64,000 nucleotides of DNA. Origin: Corynebacterium sp. (GTDB taxonomy: Bacteria > Actinomycetota > Actinomycetes > Mycobacteriales > Mycobacteriaceae). The translations under genes were made by a program, and so were the position numbers. How positions within the stretch are numbered: position 1 is the first letter of the stretch; each line of letters opens with the position of its first letter. The notes beneath the pieces are model-generated. The model did no database searches. It saw nothing but the letters and a program-made list of their open reading frames with translations, and had not been told where the DNA came from. Shown in pieces: positions 22,949 to 32,414 of the stretch. The DNA lies in NCBI RefSeq assembly GCF_030535495.1, contig NZ_JAUNRW010000002.1, forward strand, positions 3,654 through 67,653. Direction: 5' to 3'.

Positions 22949-23003
22949 GGATACCAGTATGGTGCACGCGCTGGTGCCCACGCCAACGGATACAGTGGAC
23001 GCC

Positions 23004-23375
23004 GTGAAACACAACGAGATCCCCCTGGAGACCCTGCTCGCCGATGAGCCCATGCTCACCCTGCCCGAGACCGCCGAGCGTCTCGGCGTGGTGATCACCC
23101 GCGTCCACGATCTGCTGGCGGGCAAGAAGCTCATCGCGCACATCATCGACGGCAAGCGCCACATCCCGGAGGCGCTGTTCCACGAGGGGTCGGACTCGAC
23201 CGGCAAGTTCGTTCCCGGCCTGATCACCCTCATGGTCGACGGCGGCTACTCGGATGAGGAGATTCTGCGCTACCTGTTCACTGAGGATGAGACGCTGCCG
23301 GGACGTCCGGTCGATGCGCTCCACGGTCAGCTGGCCCGTGAGGTGCTGCGCCGGGCGCAGGCGATGGCCCTGTGA
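23004..23375 (+). CDS. Rv2175c-family DNA-binding protein
   Basis: HTH (LTLPETAERLGV), VPGLITLMVDGGYSDEEILRYLFTEDETL..RPVDAL; adjacent to pknL; GTG 23004 with -10 TACAGT 7 nt upstream. Confidence 0.85.
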   Translation: MKHNEIPLETLLADEPMLTLPETAERLGVVITRVHDLLAGKKLIAHIIDGKRHIPEALFHEGSDSTGKFVPGLITLMVDGGYSDEEILRYLFTEDETLPGRPVDALHGQLAREVLRRAQAMAL

Positions 23376-24795
23376 CATCGTCCCGGAAGGCCCAGTTGGT
23401 GAGCAGCCACGCGGCGACGAAGACCCCGGCCATCCACCACGTGTTGTAGAGCTGGTGGTTGCCGCTGCCGGTGAATGCCAGGGTGACCACGATGGACGCG
23501 CCCACCGTGAGGCGCAGCACCCACTCCGGCGGGCGGACGGTGCCCACGAGGGAGATCACCGAGGCGTAGTACCAGGGCAGCGTGACCGAGTTGAACACGA
23601 ACGCCACCTGGTACGCCAGGGCGGTGCCGGCGACGGCGCGGCGGGTGTTCTGGCGGAACAGCCACCACACGAGCACCAGACCAGCGAGCATCAGCATCAT
23701 GGAGATCTGACGTAGCACGCCCAGGGCGCTGTTGTACTCGAAGCTGGTGTCGAACACCTGCACCACCCACGTGATCCCGCTGGCCAGCAGGGAGGGCAGG
23801 GCGAGCGGGTTGATGACCTTGGAGTTGCCCGAGATTTCCGAGAGCCAGCCCCACGAGGACCCCGACGCCCACGTCACGGCCGCGACCACCGCGAGGGTCT
23901 CGAGCAGTCCCACGAACCCGGTCACCACGAACGCCAGGAGGCGGTGCATGTGACGGGAATAGTGGTGGGTGGCCATCCAGACGACGAAGGGTAGCGCGAT
24001 CGCGGCGGTCGCCTTGAGGGAGACGGCCACCGCGATGAGGGCCACCCCCAGCAGGAAGCGCTTGTGCAGGCAGGCCAGCAGACCGACGGAGACGAGCCCC
24101 ACCATCACCGATTCGTTGTGCATGCCCCCGACCATGTGGAGGATCATCACCGGGTTGGCCACGCCCAGCCACAGGGCCAGTGCCGGATCCCCGCCCAGGG
24201 CGCGCGCGATGCGGGGCACCGCCCAGGCGATGGCCACGAATCCGAGCACCGAGATGAGCTTGTACACCAGCACCCCGGCCGTGACGTTGTCGCCGACCAG
24301 CCGGGTGACCCCCTCGCCGATCCACAGATGCAGCGGACCATAGGGGGTGGTGGTGTTGCGCCAGTCGTGGGAGACCTCCAGCAGGAACGGCCCCGGGTTC
24401 ACCGCCGCGCCCTGCGTGTACGGGTCGAAGCCGTCGCGCAGCATCGCACCCTGCATGAGGTAGGAGTAGACATCCCGGGAGAGCATCGGGGCCGCGGGGA
24501 TGAGAGGCAGAATCCACCACCACAGGGCCCGGTGGACATGGTCCTGCGACCCCGCCTCCCTGCGGAGCACGTGGCGACGACCCAGCACGATCCATCCGAC
24601 GAGCAGGAAAGCCACCCCGGCCCAGAACACCACATTGGAGATACCCGCGCCGCGCCCGTAGGCGAGGAAGTCCAGGCCGAGCGTCTCCAGGACCCCGCCC
24701 CGGTAGCGGATGGCGCCGCCGCCGAAGGAACCCACCAGCAGCAGCAGTGCGCCGACCAGGCCGATCGATCGGGCCGAAGGCAGACGGATGATCAT
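23278..24795 (-). CDS. mptA: Alpha(1-6)-mannopyranosyltransferase A (lipomannan backbone)
   Basis: PMLSRDVYSY, TPYGPL, NPVMILHMVGGMHNES, SLKATA GT-C motifs; coupled to idsA (TGATG). Confidence 0.88.
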   Translation of the reverse strand: MIIRLPSARSIGLVGALLLLVGSFGGGAIRYRGGVLETLGLDFLAYGRGAGISNVVFWAGVAFLLVGWIVLGRRHVLRREAGSQDHVHRALWWWILPLIPAAPMLSRDVYSYLMQGAMLRDGFDPYTQGAAVNPGPFLLEVSHDWRNTTTPYGPLHLWIGEGVTRLVGDNVTAGVLVYKLISVLGFVAIAWAVPRIARALGGDPALALWLGVANPVMILHMVGGMHNESVMVGLVSVGLLACLHKRFLLGVALIAVAVSLKATAAIALPFVVWMATHHYSRHMHRLLAFVVTGFVGLLETLAVVAAVTWASGSSWGWLSEISGNSKVINPLALPSLLASGITWVVQVFDTSFEYNSALGVLRQISMMLMLAGLVLVWWLFRQNTRRAVAGTALAYQVAFVFNSVTLPWYYASVISLVGTVRPPEWVLRLTVGASIVVTLAFTGSGNHQLYNTWWMAGVFVAAWLLTNWAFRDDVTGPSPAPGAAPHGPADRGAHRPDVPAASHPQ

Positions 24796-25892
24796 CAGCG
24801 GTGGCGGGCCGTGGCGCGGTGCGCGAGATCGGTCAGGGTCTGCGTGACCTCCGGGGAGGTCCCGGCGGCCTCCAGATACGCCAGGCCGGACGCCGTCAGC
24901 GCGGTGATGCGTTCCTCGATGGCCTCCACCGCGCCGGTGTCGGCGATGATCTGCGCCAGGCGGGCGATCTGCGCGGGGTCGGAGGTGGCGCCGATGCCGC
25001 GGCGCAGTTCGGCGGCGGCGGCCGGGTCGCGTTCGTCAGCACGCTGCAGGGCGGTGGCGAGCAGCACGGTGCGCTTGCCTTCCCGCAGGTCATCGCCGGC
25101 CGGCTTGCCGGTGACCGCCGGGTCACCGTACACGCCGAGTTGATCGTCGCGCAGCTGGAAGGCGATCCCGATGTCGCGGCCGTAGCCCCGGAAGGCGTCG
25201 ATGGTGGCCTGGTCCGCCCCGGCGATGGCGGCGCCGAGGTGGAGGGGGCGTTCGATGGTGTAGGCAGCGGTTTTGAAGCGGTTGACGGAATCCGCCAGCT
25301 CGACATTCTCGTCCGCGGTGGCCTCGAGGGAGATATCGAGGAGCTGCCCGCCGATGACCTCGGTGCGCATCGCCCGCCACGGCTCGCGGGCCCGCTGCAG
25401 CGCAGCGACCGTGAGGCCGGAATCCTGCAGCATGTCCTCCGCCCAGACCAGGGCCAGGTCGCCGACGAGGATGGCCACGGACTCACCGAAGTGGGCGGAG
25501 TCACCCGCCCAGGAATTCTCGCGGTGCTGCTTCTCGACGGCCCGGTGCACCGTCGGACTGCCGCGCCGGGTATCGGAGGCGTCGATGATGTCATCGTGGA
25601 TGAGGGCGCAGGCCTGGATGAATTCCAGTGAGGCCGCTGCCCGCAGCATGGCTGCCGGATCTTCCCCGGTCTCCAGCCCGCCACCGCCGACGAAACCGGC
25701 CCAGGCGTAGAGGGGACGGATCCGCTTGCCGCCGTCGAGAACGAAGGACTCGAGGTGGGACACCGCGGCGGTGACCGGAGCGCCGATGGCGGCGACCTGC
25801 GCGCGGCGGGCATTAATGAAGTGGGTCAGCTCCTCCCGGGCGGCGGCGGGAACCCGGTCGAGGGTCAAGGTCTGGGCATCCTGGTGGCTCAA
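24795..25892 (-). CDS. idsA: Polyprenyl (geranylgeranyl) diphosphate synthase
   Basis: GGKRIRP, HDDIIDASDTRRG (FARM), QLRDD (SARM), GDDLREGKRT; TTG 25892 after SD AAGGA. Confidence 0.9.
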   Translation of the reverse strand: MSHQDAQTLTLDRVPAAAREELTHFINARRAQVAAIGAPVTAAVSHLESFVLDGGKRIRPLYAWAGFVGGGGLETGEDPAAMLRAAASLEFIQACALIHDDIIDASDTRRGSPTVHRAVEKQHRENSWAGDSAHFGESVAILVGDLALVWAEDMLQDSGLTVAALQRAREPWRAMRTEVIGGQLLDISLEATADENVELADSVNRFKTAAYTIERPLHLGAAIAGADQATIDAFRGYGRDIGIAFQLRDDQLGVYGDPAVTGKPAGDDLREGKRTVLLATALQRADERDPAAAAELRRGIGATSDPAQIARLAQIIADTGAVEAIEERITALTASGLAYLEAAGTSPEVTQTLTDLAHRATARHR

Positions 25893-25950
25893 CGCGGGTG
25901 GTCCTTGCAGTCGGGCGGCGAGTGTACGTCTCCCCACGATACCCAGTCGT

Positions 25951-26547
25951 CTACCGGGGGTTGTCCACCACGGCAGGCTTCTCCACCATCCCGGGCAGTG
26001 GCAACGGAACGGAGAGGACCGCGAACGGGCGCCCGTCGCCGTCGAAGAGGAAGTCCCGCAGCTCATCGCGGAAACCCATGGAGCGGTAGAGGGAGAAGGC
26101 GTTGTTCGCTTCGTCATCGACTTCGGGGGTGGACAGCATGGCGTGGGCGGCAGGGGCCAGCCACAGCAACTGGGAGAGCAGCAGGCGTCCGATGCCCCGG
26201 CCCTGCTGCCGTGGGTCCACGTGGATCTCCGCCACCTCGAAGTAGTCGCGCATGAGCATGAGCTGGCGGGTGTCGGGCCCGCCGTTCTCGCGGAAGCCGC
26301 GTCGGACCTGGCGGTCCCACCACATGTCCCGGGCGCCGAGGTATCCGTAGGCGACGCCCAGGACCGCATCCTCCTCCACGGCGGCCAGGGCCGCGAAACC
26401 GGGCTGCATGATCTCCTGGCGCCAGACCGCGATGCGGCCGGCGCGGATACTCGGGTCGTAGCCCATCGCCTCGATGTAGAGGTCGACGAGCTGCGGGGCC
26501 AGCACGGCGAATTCGGGGCCGGACAACCGGCGGATCTCCAGGGTCAC
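25951..26547 (-). CDS. GNAT family N-acetyltransferase (Rv2170-like)
   Basis: EIHVDPRQQGRGIGRLLL acetyl-CoA motif, LSTPE, LYRSMGF; GTG 26547. Confidence 0.85.
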   Translation of the reverse strand: MTLEIRRLSGPEFAVLAPQLVDLYIEAMGYDPSIRAGRIAVWRQEIMQPGFAALAAVEEDAVLGVAYGYLGARDMWWDRQVRRGFRENGGPDTRQLMLMRDYFEVAEIHVDPRQQGRGIGRLLLSQLLWLAPAAHAMLSTPEVDDEANNAFSLYRSMGFRDELRDFLFDGDGRPFAVLSVPLPLPGMVEKPAVVDNPR

Positions 26548-26646
26548 ACCACCACTGAACCAGAATTCCGGTGCCGGGTGGGAGAGGGGGGCGGATGTGT
26601 CTCGAACGCATACTGGCATTAGAGAAAGGAAAAGGCAGTTCAGCTG

Positions 26647-26675
26647 TTGACCGTCTCGAAAGGCTGTTCTATAGT
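26647..26675 (+). promoter_or_regulatory. Sigma-A promoter with an overlapping candidate LexA (SOS) box
   Basis: -35 TTGACC (26647), 17-nt spacer, -10 TATAGT (26670); TCGAAAGGCTGTTCTA (26656-26671) has two mismatches to TCGAAMANNTGTTCGA. Confidence 0.7.
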
Positions 26676-26757
26676 AGGGGTGTGGTGTTCGGGTCCGGTT
26701 CTAAGGTGACGGCATCACCGAAACACGGAGAAGAAATAAGGAAAGGAGTTGGTTCCG

Positions 26758-27183
26758 GTGGCTCAGATCATTTCAGCAACGACGAGGTTTGCCGGGGCAG
26801 GTAGCCGCCGGGCCGACTTCATTCTCAAGGCTCGGGCCCTCCTGGTGCAGGCGGTGCAGCACCGGGAGGCGGGCGAGTGGGACCTGGCGTTGGAGATGGC
26901 CTTCCAGGCGGCGCTGCGGACGGCGGGTGCGCGCATCTCGGCCTCGGCGGTGGCCCGGCGTCGGCGTCTGCCGACGAGCGCGTGGGAGCAGTTGCAGCTG
27001 GTGGATGCGGACGGGCAGCGATGGGCGAGCGAATTCTCGCAGTACTCCCGCCTGCGCTCCCGCGTGGTGGCCGGTCTGGAGCTGTCCGTCGATCACGCGG
27101 TGGTGAATCGGATCATGGATCTGGCCGCCGAATTTTTGGCCGAGGTGGAGGGCGAGGCGGGCTGGCTCCCGGCGGCGGCGTAG
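26758..27183 (+). CDS. SAV_6107-family HEPN domain protein
   Basis: AFQAALRTAGA..RRRLPTSAWEQL..W family pattern; conserved position upstream of DUF3040-mraZ; GTG 26758 after SD AAAGGAG. Confidence 0.8.
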   Translation: MAQIISATTRFAGAGSRRADFILKARALLVQAVQHREAGEWDLALEMAFQAALRTAGARISASAVARRRRLPTSAWEQLQLVDADGQRWASEFSQYSRLRSRVVAGLELSVDHAVVNRIMDLAAEFLAEVEGEAGWLPAAA

Positions 27184-27282
27184 CCCGAGGTGTGGCGAGG
27201 TTGGCATTGGCGGGAACAATCCCGATAGTCTGGGCGTTACTTCAGTAGACAGAGAAAACCCCAGCGATATCCGGGAGGAATA

Positions 27283-27678
27283 GTGTCGCTTTCAGAGCAG
27301 GAGCAGAAGATGCTCCGGGAGATTGAACAGTCTCTCCTTGCTGACGACCCCAAGTTCGGGTCGTCCGTGGCCAGCGACCATGGCTTCGGCGGTGCCGGCG
27401 CGCCCGGCTTCACGCTGCGGGGCATCGCTCTCGTGGTGGTCGGTCTGCTTCTGCTGGTGGGAGGTGTCGCGCTGGCGCAGCAGAGCCTGTGGTTCATCGC
27501 GCTCAGTGTCGTCGGCTTCCTGGTGATGTTCGGCGCCGGCGTGTGGATGCTGCGTGGCGGTGGCGCCTCGGGTCAGCCGCGTGAACCGCGCAAGCCGCGC
27601 ACCAACCGTCCCGGAGACACCAACTCGATGGGCGGCCGGATGGAGGAGAACTTCCGCCGCCGCTTCGAGGAGCGCTAA
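27283..27678 (+). CDS. DUF3040 family membrane protein
   Basis: MSLSEQEQKMLREIEQSLLADDPKF, two TM helices, MEENFRRRFE C-terminus. Confidence 0.88.
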   Translation: MSLSEQEQKMLREIEQSLLADDPKFGSSVASDHGFGGAGAPGFTLRGIALVVVGLLLLVGGVALAQQSLWFIALSVVGFLVMFGAGVWMLRGGGASGQPREPRKPRTNRPGDTNSMGGRMEENFRRRFEER

Positions 27679-27692
27679 CCGCCCCTACCGTG

Positions 27693-27723
27693 AGCCCGTC
27701 GCCCTTGCAGGGTGGCGGGCTTT
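27693..27723 (+). terminator. Intrinsic terminator after DUF3040
   Basis: AGCCCGTCGCCCT-TGC-AGGGTGGCGGGCT followed by TT. Confidence 0.7.
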
Positions 27724-27911
27724 AGTGATTCTCCACTTTCCCCCACCCGACGGCGCGTCCCGGGTGGGGAAGGTCGTTGTCGGGCCGGTTGCGGTGTGTG
27801 GGAGGGCGGACATGACGCGCCCGTACGGGAGCGTCCCCCACCTGATTTTTTGGTGTTGACCTGGGGGAAATCTAAAAGAATCCGGAAAAGCAGGGGTTTG
27901 GGGGGTTGTTG

Positions 27912-27948
27912 GTGGGGCAAAGTGGGGTATTGTGGGGCGCAGCGGTGG
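27912..27948 (+). promoter_or_regulatory. MraZ-binding direct repeats
   Basis: GTGGGG at 27912, 27922 and 27932 (10-bp period) plus a degenerate fourth unit; matches the GTGG-N6 array known for MraZ autoregulation. Confidence 0.8.
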
Positions 27949-28020
27949 ATCACTCCATCGTGAGAATTGAATCAGGTCTGACAAGATCCGTGGCGTCGAG
28001 ACAAGGAAGGTGGCCCCGGG

Positions 28021-28455
28021 ATGTTTCTCGGTACCTACACTCCGAAGCTCGACGACAAGGGTCGGCTGACACTGCCGGCCAAGTTCCGTGACGAACTGGC
28101 CGGTGGGTTGATGGTCACGAAGGGGCAGGACCACAGTCTTGCGGTCTATCCCCGGGAGGAGTTCGCCGAACGCGTCCGCAAGGCCGCGGCGGTGTCCCGT
28201 ACCAACCCTCAGGCACGTGCCTTCATCCGAAACCTGGCTGCCAGTGCGGATGAACAGCGTCCCGACGGGAGCGGTCGCATCACCCTCTCGGCCGGTCACC
28301 GCGACTACGCGGGGCTGACCAAGGAGTGTGTGGTCATCGGATCCGTGGATTTTCTCGAGATCTGGGATGCCGAATCCTGGGCCGCTTACCAGCAGGAGAC
28401 AGAGGCCGCATTCTCCGCGGCCGATGCAGAAGACGTCCTCGGCGGACTGCTCTGA
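28021..28455 (+). CDS. mraZ: Division/cell-wall cluster transcriptional regulator MraZ
   Basis: [19 protein letters not shown], two DxxGR motifs. Confidence 0.96.
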   Translation: MFLGTYTPKLDDKGRLTLPAKFRDELAGGLMVTKGQDHSLAVYPREEFAERVRKAAAVSRTNPQARAFIRNLAASADEQRPDGSGRITLSAGHRDYAGLTKECVVIGSVDFLEIWDAESWAAYQQETEAAFSAADAEDVLGGLL

Positions 28456-28480
28456 CCTTGAGCGACATCAAGGGTGGGGC

Positions 28481-28572
28481 GGGGTACGTGTACGGACTCT
28501 GCCCGAGGTGATGCTCTGGTGTACTTCCCCGACATCAGATGAACACATCGGGCAGGGCCCTGTACGTGCCCC
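28481..28572 (+). ncRNA. mraW RNA motif (actinobacterial cis-regulatory hairpin)
   Basis: Long hairpin (GGGGTACGT/ACGTGCCCC, TGCCCGA/TCGGGCA, TCTGGTGT/ACATCAGA) capped by a CTTCCCC loop, in the rsmH (mraW) 5' region. Confidence 0.75.
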
Positions 28573-28619
28573 GCAGCCTGGACTGACAGTGACGAAATGA
28601 CCAGGAAGGGGGCGCGGCC

Positions 28620-29639
28620 ATGAGTGACATGAGCTTCGACATCACCGACAACCACGGCCACGTGCCCGTGCTCCGGGACCGCATGGCTGACCTGCTGGCT
28701 CCCGGGGTCGAGGCGCTGGGGGCTGCTGCGGTCATCGTCGACGGCACCCTCGGTGCCGGCGGACACACCGAACATTTCCTGCGCACCTTCCCCGCCGCCC
28801 ACGTCATCGGCGTCGACCGGGACCCGGCCTCCTTGGCCGAGGCCCGCGCCCGGCTGGCTCCCTTCGGGGAGCGTTTCGTCGGGGTCCAGACCCGTTTCGA
28901 CGGAATCGGCGAGGCCATCGCGGCCGGGGAGGGCCCGGTCTTCGAGTTGGCACGCACCCACGGTATCGCCGGAGCCCTCTTCGACCTCGGCGTCTCCTCC
29001 ATGCAACTCGACCAGGTGGAGCGCGGTTTCGCCTACCGCACCGACGCCCCGCTGGACATGCGGATGGACCCCACCACGGGCAGGACCGCGGCCGAGGTGC
29101 TCAACACCTACAGCCACGGTGAGCTGGCGCGCATCCTCAAGACCTACGGTGATGAGCGCTTCGCCGGCAAGATCGCCTCTGCGGTCCTGCGGGAAAGGGA
29201 GAAGGAACCCTTCACCACCTCCGCCCGCCTGGTGGAACTGCTCTACGCCACGATCCCGGCCGCCACCCGCCGCACCGGCGGGCACCCCGCCAAGCGGACC
29301 TTCCAGGCGCTGCGCGTCGAGGTCAACGCCGAGCTGGAGGCGTTGGAGAACGTCCTGCCGATCATCGCCGACCTGCTCGCCGTGGGTGGGCGCGCGGTGT
29401 TCATGAGTTACCAGTCCCTGGAGGACCGGATCGTCAAGGCGGCCTTCGCCGAGATGACGGCCTCCACGACCCCGCCCGGCCTGCCCATGGACTTGCCGGG
29501 CACAGCCCCCCGATTCACCGCGATTACCCGCGGTGCGGAAAAAGCCACCGCAGCAGAGATTGACGACAACCCGCGCGCGGCCCCGGTGAGGGTCCGCGGC
29601 GTCGAGAAGCTTCCCGACCCGTCTGGAGATCGACCGTGA
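28620..29639 (+). CDS. rsmH: 16S rRNA m4C1402 methyltransferase
   Basis: [40 protein letters not shown]. Confidence 0.95.
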   Translation: MSDMSFDITDNHGHVPVLRDRMADLLAPGVEALGAAAVIVDGTLGAGGHTEHFLRTFPAAHVIGVDRDPASLAEARARLAPFGERFVGVQTRFDGIGEAIAAGEGPVFELARTHGIAGALFDLGVSSMQLDQVERGFAYRTDAPLDMRMDPTTGRTAAEVLNTYSHGELARILKTYGDERFAGKIASAVLREREKEPFTTSARLVELLYATIPAATRRTGGHPAKRTFQALRVEVNAELEALENVLPIIADLLAVGGRAVFMSYQSLEDRIVKAAFAEMTASTTPPGLPMDLPGTAPRFTAITRGAEKATAAEIDDNPRAAPVRVRGVEKLPDPSGDRP

Positions 29640-30382
29640 CTTCGCCGAACACCAAGGACCGCCGTATGGGTGCCAGCCGCGACTACACCTCCACCGCACT
29701 GCTCGACCGCGAACAGCGGACGCGCACCTACGCGCCGCCGGCGCAGACGCCGCTGCCGCAGCGCCGCCGACCGGCCGCCACCCGCCTGGGATCCCGCCAG
29801 GTGGTCTCCGTCCGCGGTCGCCGCGTGGCGGAGCTGAAGAAGACCTCGCTGCTGGCGAAGCTCTTCAGCATCTCCATCGTCCTGGCCATCGCCGGAGTGG
29901 CGGTGGCGATGTGGCTGGCCGGACTGGCCACCCAGCAGACCTTCCAGATGCAGTTGCTGCAGGCCCAGGACAAGCAGCTGTCCAACCAGCTCGAGACCCT
30001 CAACCGTGACCTGGAGAATGTGCGCTCCTCCGCGGAGATCACGCGTCGGGCGGGTGAGCTGGGGATGGTCTCCCCGGTGCAGCCCGGTATCCTCGCGGTG
30101 CAGGAAAACGGCGACATCCACGAGGTGCGCCCGGCAGATCCGGCGACGCGCCTTATCATTGACGTCAACGGGGCCCCGGTTCGTCCGGGGCAGGCATCCA
30201 GTGATCCGGACGCCATCGATGAGCTGGGTGACAACCTGGAGGCGGTCCCGCAGGGCCACCAGCTCCAGTCCCCGGACGATGTGCTCCCGGATCCGGTGGT
30301 CCCGGCCGCTGAGCCGGGCGTGCTGCCCTACGCCCCGAACGTCCCGGAAGCGGACACCGCACAGGAATTCACAGACGACTAG
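29636..30382 (+). CDS. ftsL: Cell division protein FtsL (actinobacterial long form)
   Basis: Single TM followed by a coiled coil and AGELGMV motif; position between rsmH and ftsI. Confidence 0.75.
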   Translation: MTSPNTKDRRMGASRDYTSTALLDREQRTRTYAPPAQTPLPQRRRPAATRLGSRQVVSVRGRRVAELKKTSLLAKLFSISIVLAIAGVAVAMWLAGLATQQTFQMQLLQAQDKQLSNQLETLNRDLENVRSSAEITRRAGELGMVSPVQPGILAVQENGDIHEVRPADPATRLIIDVNGAPVRPGQASSDPDAIDELGDNLEAVPQGHQLQSPDDVLPDPVVPAAEPGVLPYAPNVPEADTAQEFTDD

Positions 30383-30398
30383 CAAATGAGGACGGCCA

Positions 30399-32390
30399 GT
30401 GACACGACCCGGAGGCGTGCGACGTAGAGCGGGACGAGGCGACTCGTCCCGCCGCTCGTCATCGCGTGCCTATTCCGAAGCCCGGGTGTCCGCCCCGCCC
30501 CGTCCCCCGCAGAAGGACCAGAAGTCCCTCATGGTGGGCCGCATGCGCATTGTGCTGGGTATCTTCCTCATCCTCGCCGTCGTCCTCGTCGGACGACTGG
30601 CCTGGGTGCAGGTGGTGTGGGGGCCCGATCTGGCCGCGAAGGCCCAGGAGCAGCGCGCCCGCGTCTACGTCGACCCGGCCCGCCGCGGGGAGATCACCGA
30701 CAAGCGGGGAAACCAGCTGGCCTACACCATGCAGGCCCGCAGCCTCACCGTCTCCCCGCAGCTGCTGCGGCGGGAACTGGCCCAGCAGCAGGATCTGGCG
30801 ATGCGTATCGACGGCATGTCCCGGTCCGAGATCGACGCCCAGCTCGACGACCGCGTCGAGGACGTCCTGGTGACCATGTCGGAGGAGATCCCCGCCATGA
30901 TCGAGGATTCCGGCGCGATCACCGGCGAGGTCAAGTCCCAGGACATCCTGGACAAGCTCCAGGCCGAGACCACCTATGAGGTGCTCGTGCGCAACGTCGA
31001 CCCGGATGTGGCCACCGAGATCGCCTCGACCTTCCACGGGGTGGCGGCCGACCACCAGGACATCCGCCAGTACCCGAACGGTGCGATCGCCGAGAACATC
31101 ATCGGCAAGGTGTCCATGGACGGACAGGGGCAGTTCGGTTTCGAGGCCTCCGGCGATGCGACGCTGTCGGGCATCAACGGTCGCTCGACGGAGGACGTGT
31201 CCACCGACGGGCAGGTCATCCCCGGCACGCTGCGTGACGTGGTCCCACCCGTCGACGGTTCCTCCGTGGAACTGACCCTCGACCTGGACCTGCAGACCTA
31301 CGTCCAGCAGCTCCTCGAGCAGGCCAAGGCCAACTCCCAGGCCAAGTCCGCCGAGGCGGTCGTCCTCGACGTCGCCACCGGCAAGGTCCTGGCGATGGCG
31401 AACACCGACACCATCGACCCCAACGGCAACATCGAACGCCAGCTCGCAGAGGGCAAGGACTTCGAGAACCAGACCATCTCGCACCCCTTCGAACCCGGCT
31501 CCGTCGCCAAGGTGATCACCGCCGCCGCCAGCATCGAGGAGGACCTGACGACCCCGGACGAGGTTCACCAGGTGCCGGGATCGATCCACATGGCGGGCGT
31601 GACCGTCGCCGATGCCTGGGAGCACGGCGTGGTGCCGTACACCACGACCGGCATCTTCGGTAAGTCCTCCAACGTCGGCACCCTCATGCTCGCCGAGCGC
31701 CTCGGGGAGGACCGCTACGCCGACTACCTCGACCGTTTCGGCATCGGGCGCCCCACCGGCATCGAGCTGCCCAACGAGTCCTCCGGACTGCTGCCGGCCC
31801 GCGAGCAGTGGTCGGGCGGTACCTTCGCCAACCTGCCCATCGGACAGGGCATGTCGTTCACCACCCTGCAGATGGCCAGCGTCTACCAGGCCCTGGCCAA
31901 CGACGGCCTGCGCATTGAACCCCGCATCATCGAGACCATCACCAGCCCGGACGGCAAGGAACAGTCCACGGCGGAACCCGCGCGCACCCAGGTGGTCAGC
32001 CCGGAGACCGCGGACACGGTGGTGGACATGTTCCGCTCCGTCATGCAGAACGACCCGGGTGGTCTGCAGTCGGGTACCGGCACCAACGGTGCCGTCCCCG
32101 GCTACCAGACCTCCGGCAAGACAGGTACCGCCCAGAAGGTCGACCCCAACACCGGTGCCTACTCGAACTCCGACTACTGGATCACCTTCGCGGGTGTCGC
32201 CCCGGCAGATGATCCCCGTTTCGTGGTCGCCGTCATGGTCGACCAGCCGCGCGCCGGCGTCGAGCCCGGCGGCGGGGGCGGCCAGTCGTCCGCCCCGCTG
32301 TTCCGCGACATCGCCTCATGGCTGCTCAACCGCGACAACATCCCGACCTCGCCGCCCATGGAGGATCTGCTCATCCTCCACGCCCAGTAA
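30399..32390 (+). CDS. ftsI: Class B penicillin-binding protein (septal transpeptidase)
   Basis: PARRGEITD, EPGSVAK (SxxK), SSN (SxN), KTG motifs. Confidence 0.93.
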   Translation: MTRPGGVRRRAGRGDSSRRSSSRAYSEARVSAPPRPPQKDQKSLMVGRMRIVLGIFLILAVVLVGRLAWVQVVWGPDLAAKAQEQRARVYVDPARRGEITDKRGNQLAYTMQARSLTVSPQLLRRELAQQQDLAMRIDGMSRSEIDAQLDDRVEDVLVTMSEEIPAMIEDSGAITGEVKSQDILDKLQAETTYEVLVRNVDPDVATEIASTFHGVAADHQDIRQYPNGAIAENIIGKVSMDGQGQFGFEASGDATLSGINGRSTEDVSTDGQVIPGTLRDVVPPVDGSSVELTLDLDLQTYVQQLLEQAKANSQAKSAEAVVLDVATGKVLAMANTDTIDPNGNIERQLAEGKDFENQTISHPFEPGSVAKVITAAASIEEDLTTPDEVHQVPGSIHMAGVTVADAWEHGVVPYTTTGIFGKSSNVGTLMLAERLGEDRYADYLDRFGIGRPTGIELPNESSGLLPAREQWSGGTFANLPIGQGMSFTTLQMASVYQALANDGLRIEPRIIETITSPDGKEQSTAEPARTQVVSPETADTVVDMFRSVMQNDPGGLQSGTGTNGAVPGYQTSGKTGTAQKVDPNTGAYSNSDYWITFAGVAPADDPRFVVAVMVDQPRAGVEPGGGGGQSSAPLFRDIASWLLNRDNIPTSPPMEDLLILHAQ

Positions 32391-32414
32391 CGTTCCCCCA
32401 GGAGGAGACCCACC

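Noticed and set aside
24795-26369. Apparent N-terminal extensions or fusions in the ORF track (idsA to 26369, aroG from 18971, pknL to 23233, qcrA from 8279, murD from 36388, yggS from 44301)
   Set aside because: These are upstream open-frame extensions overlapping real neighbouring genes; better starts with an SD or -10 element and family-typical N-termini were found
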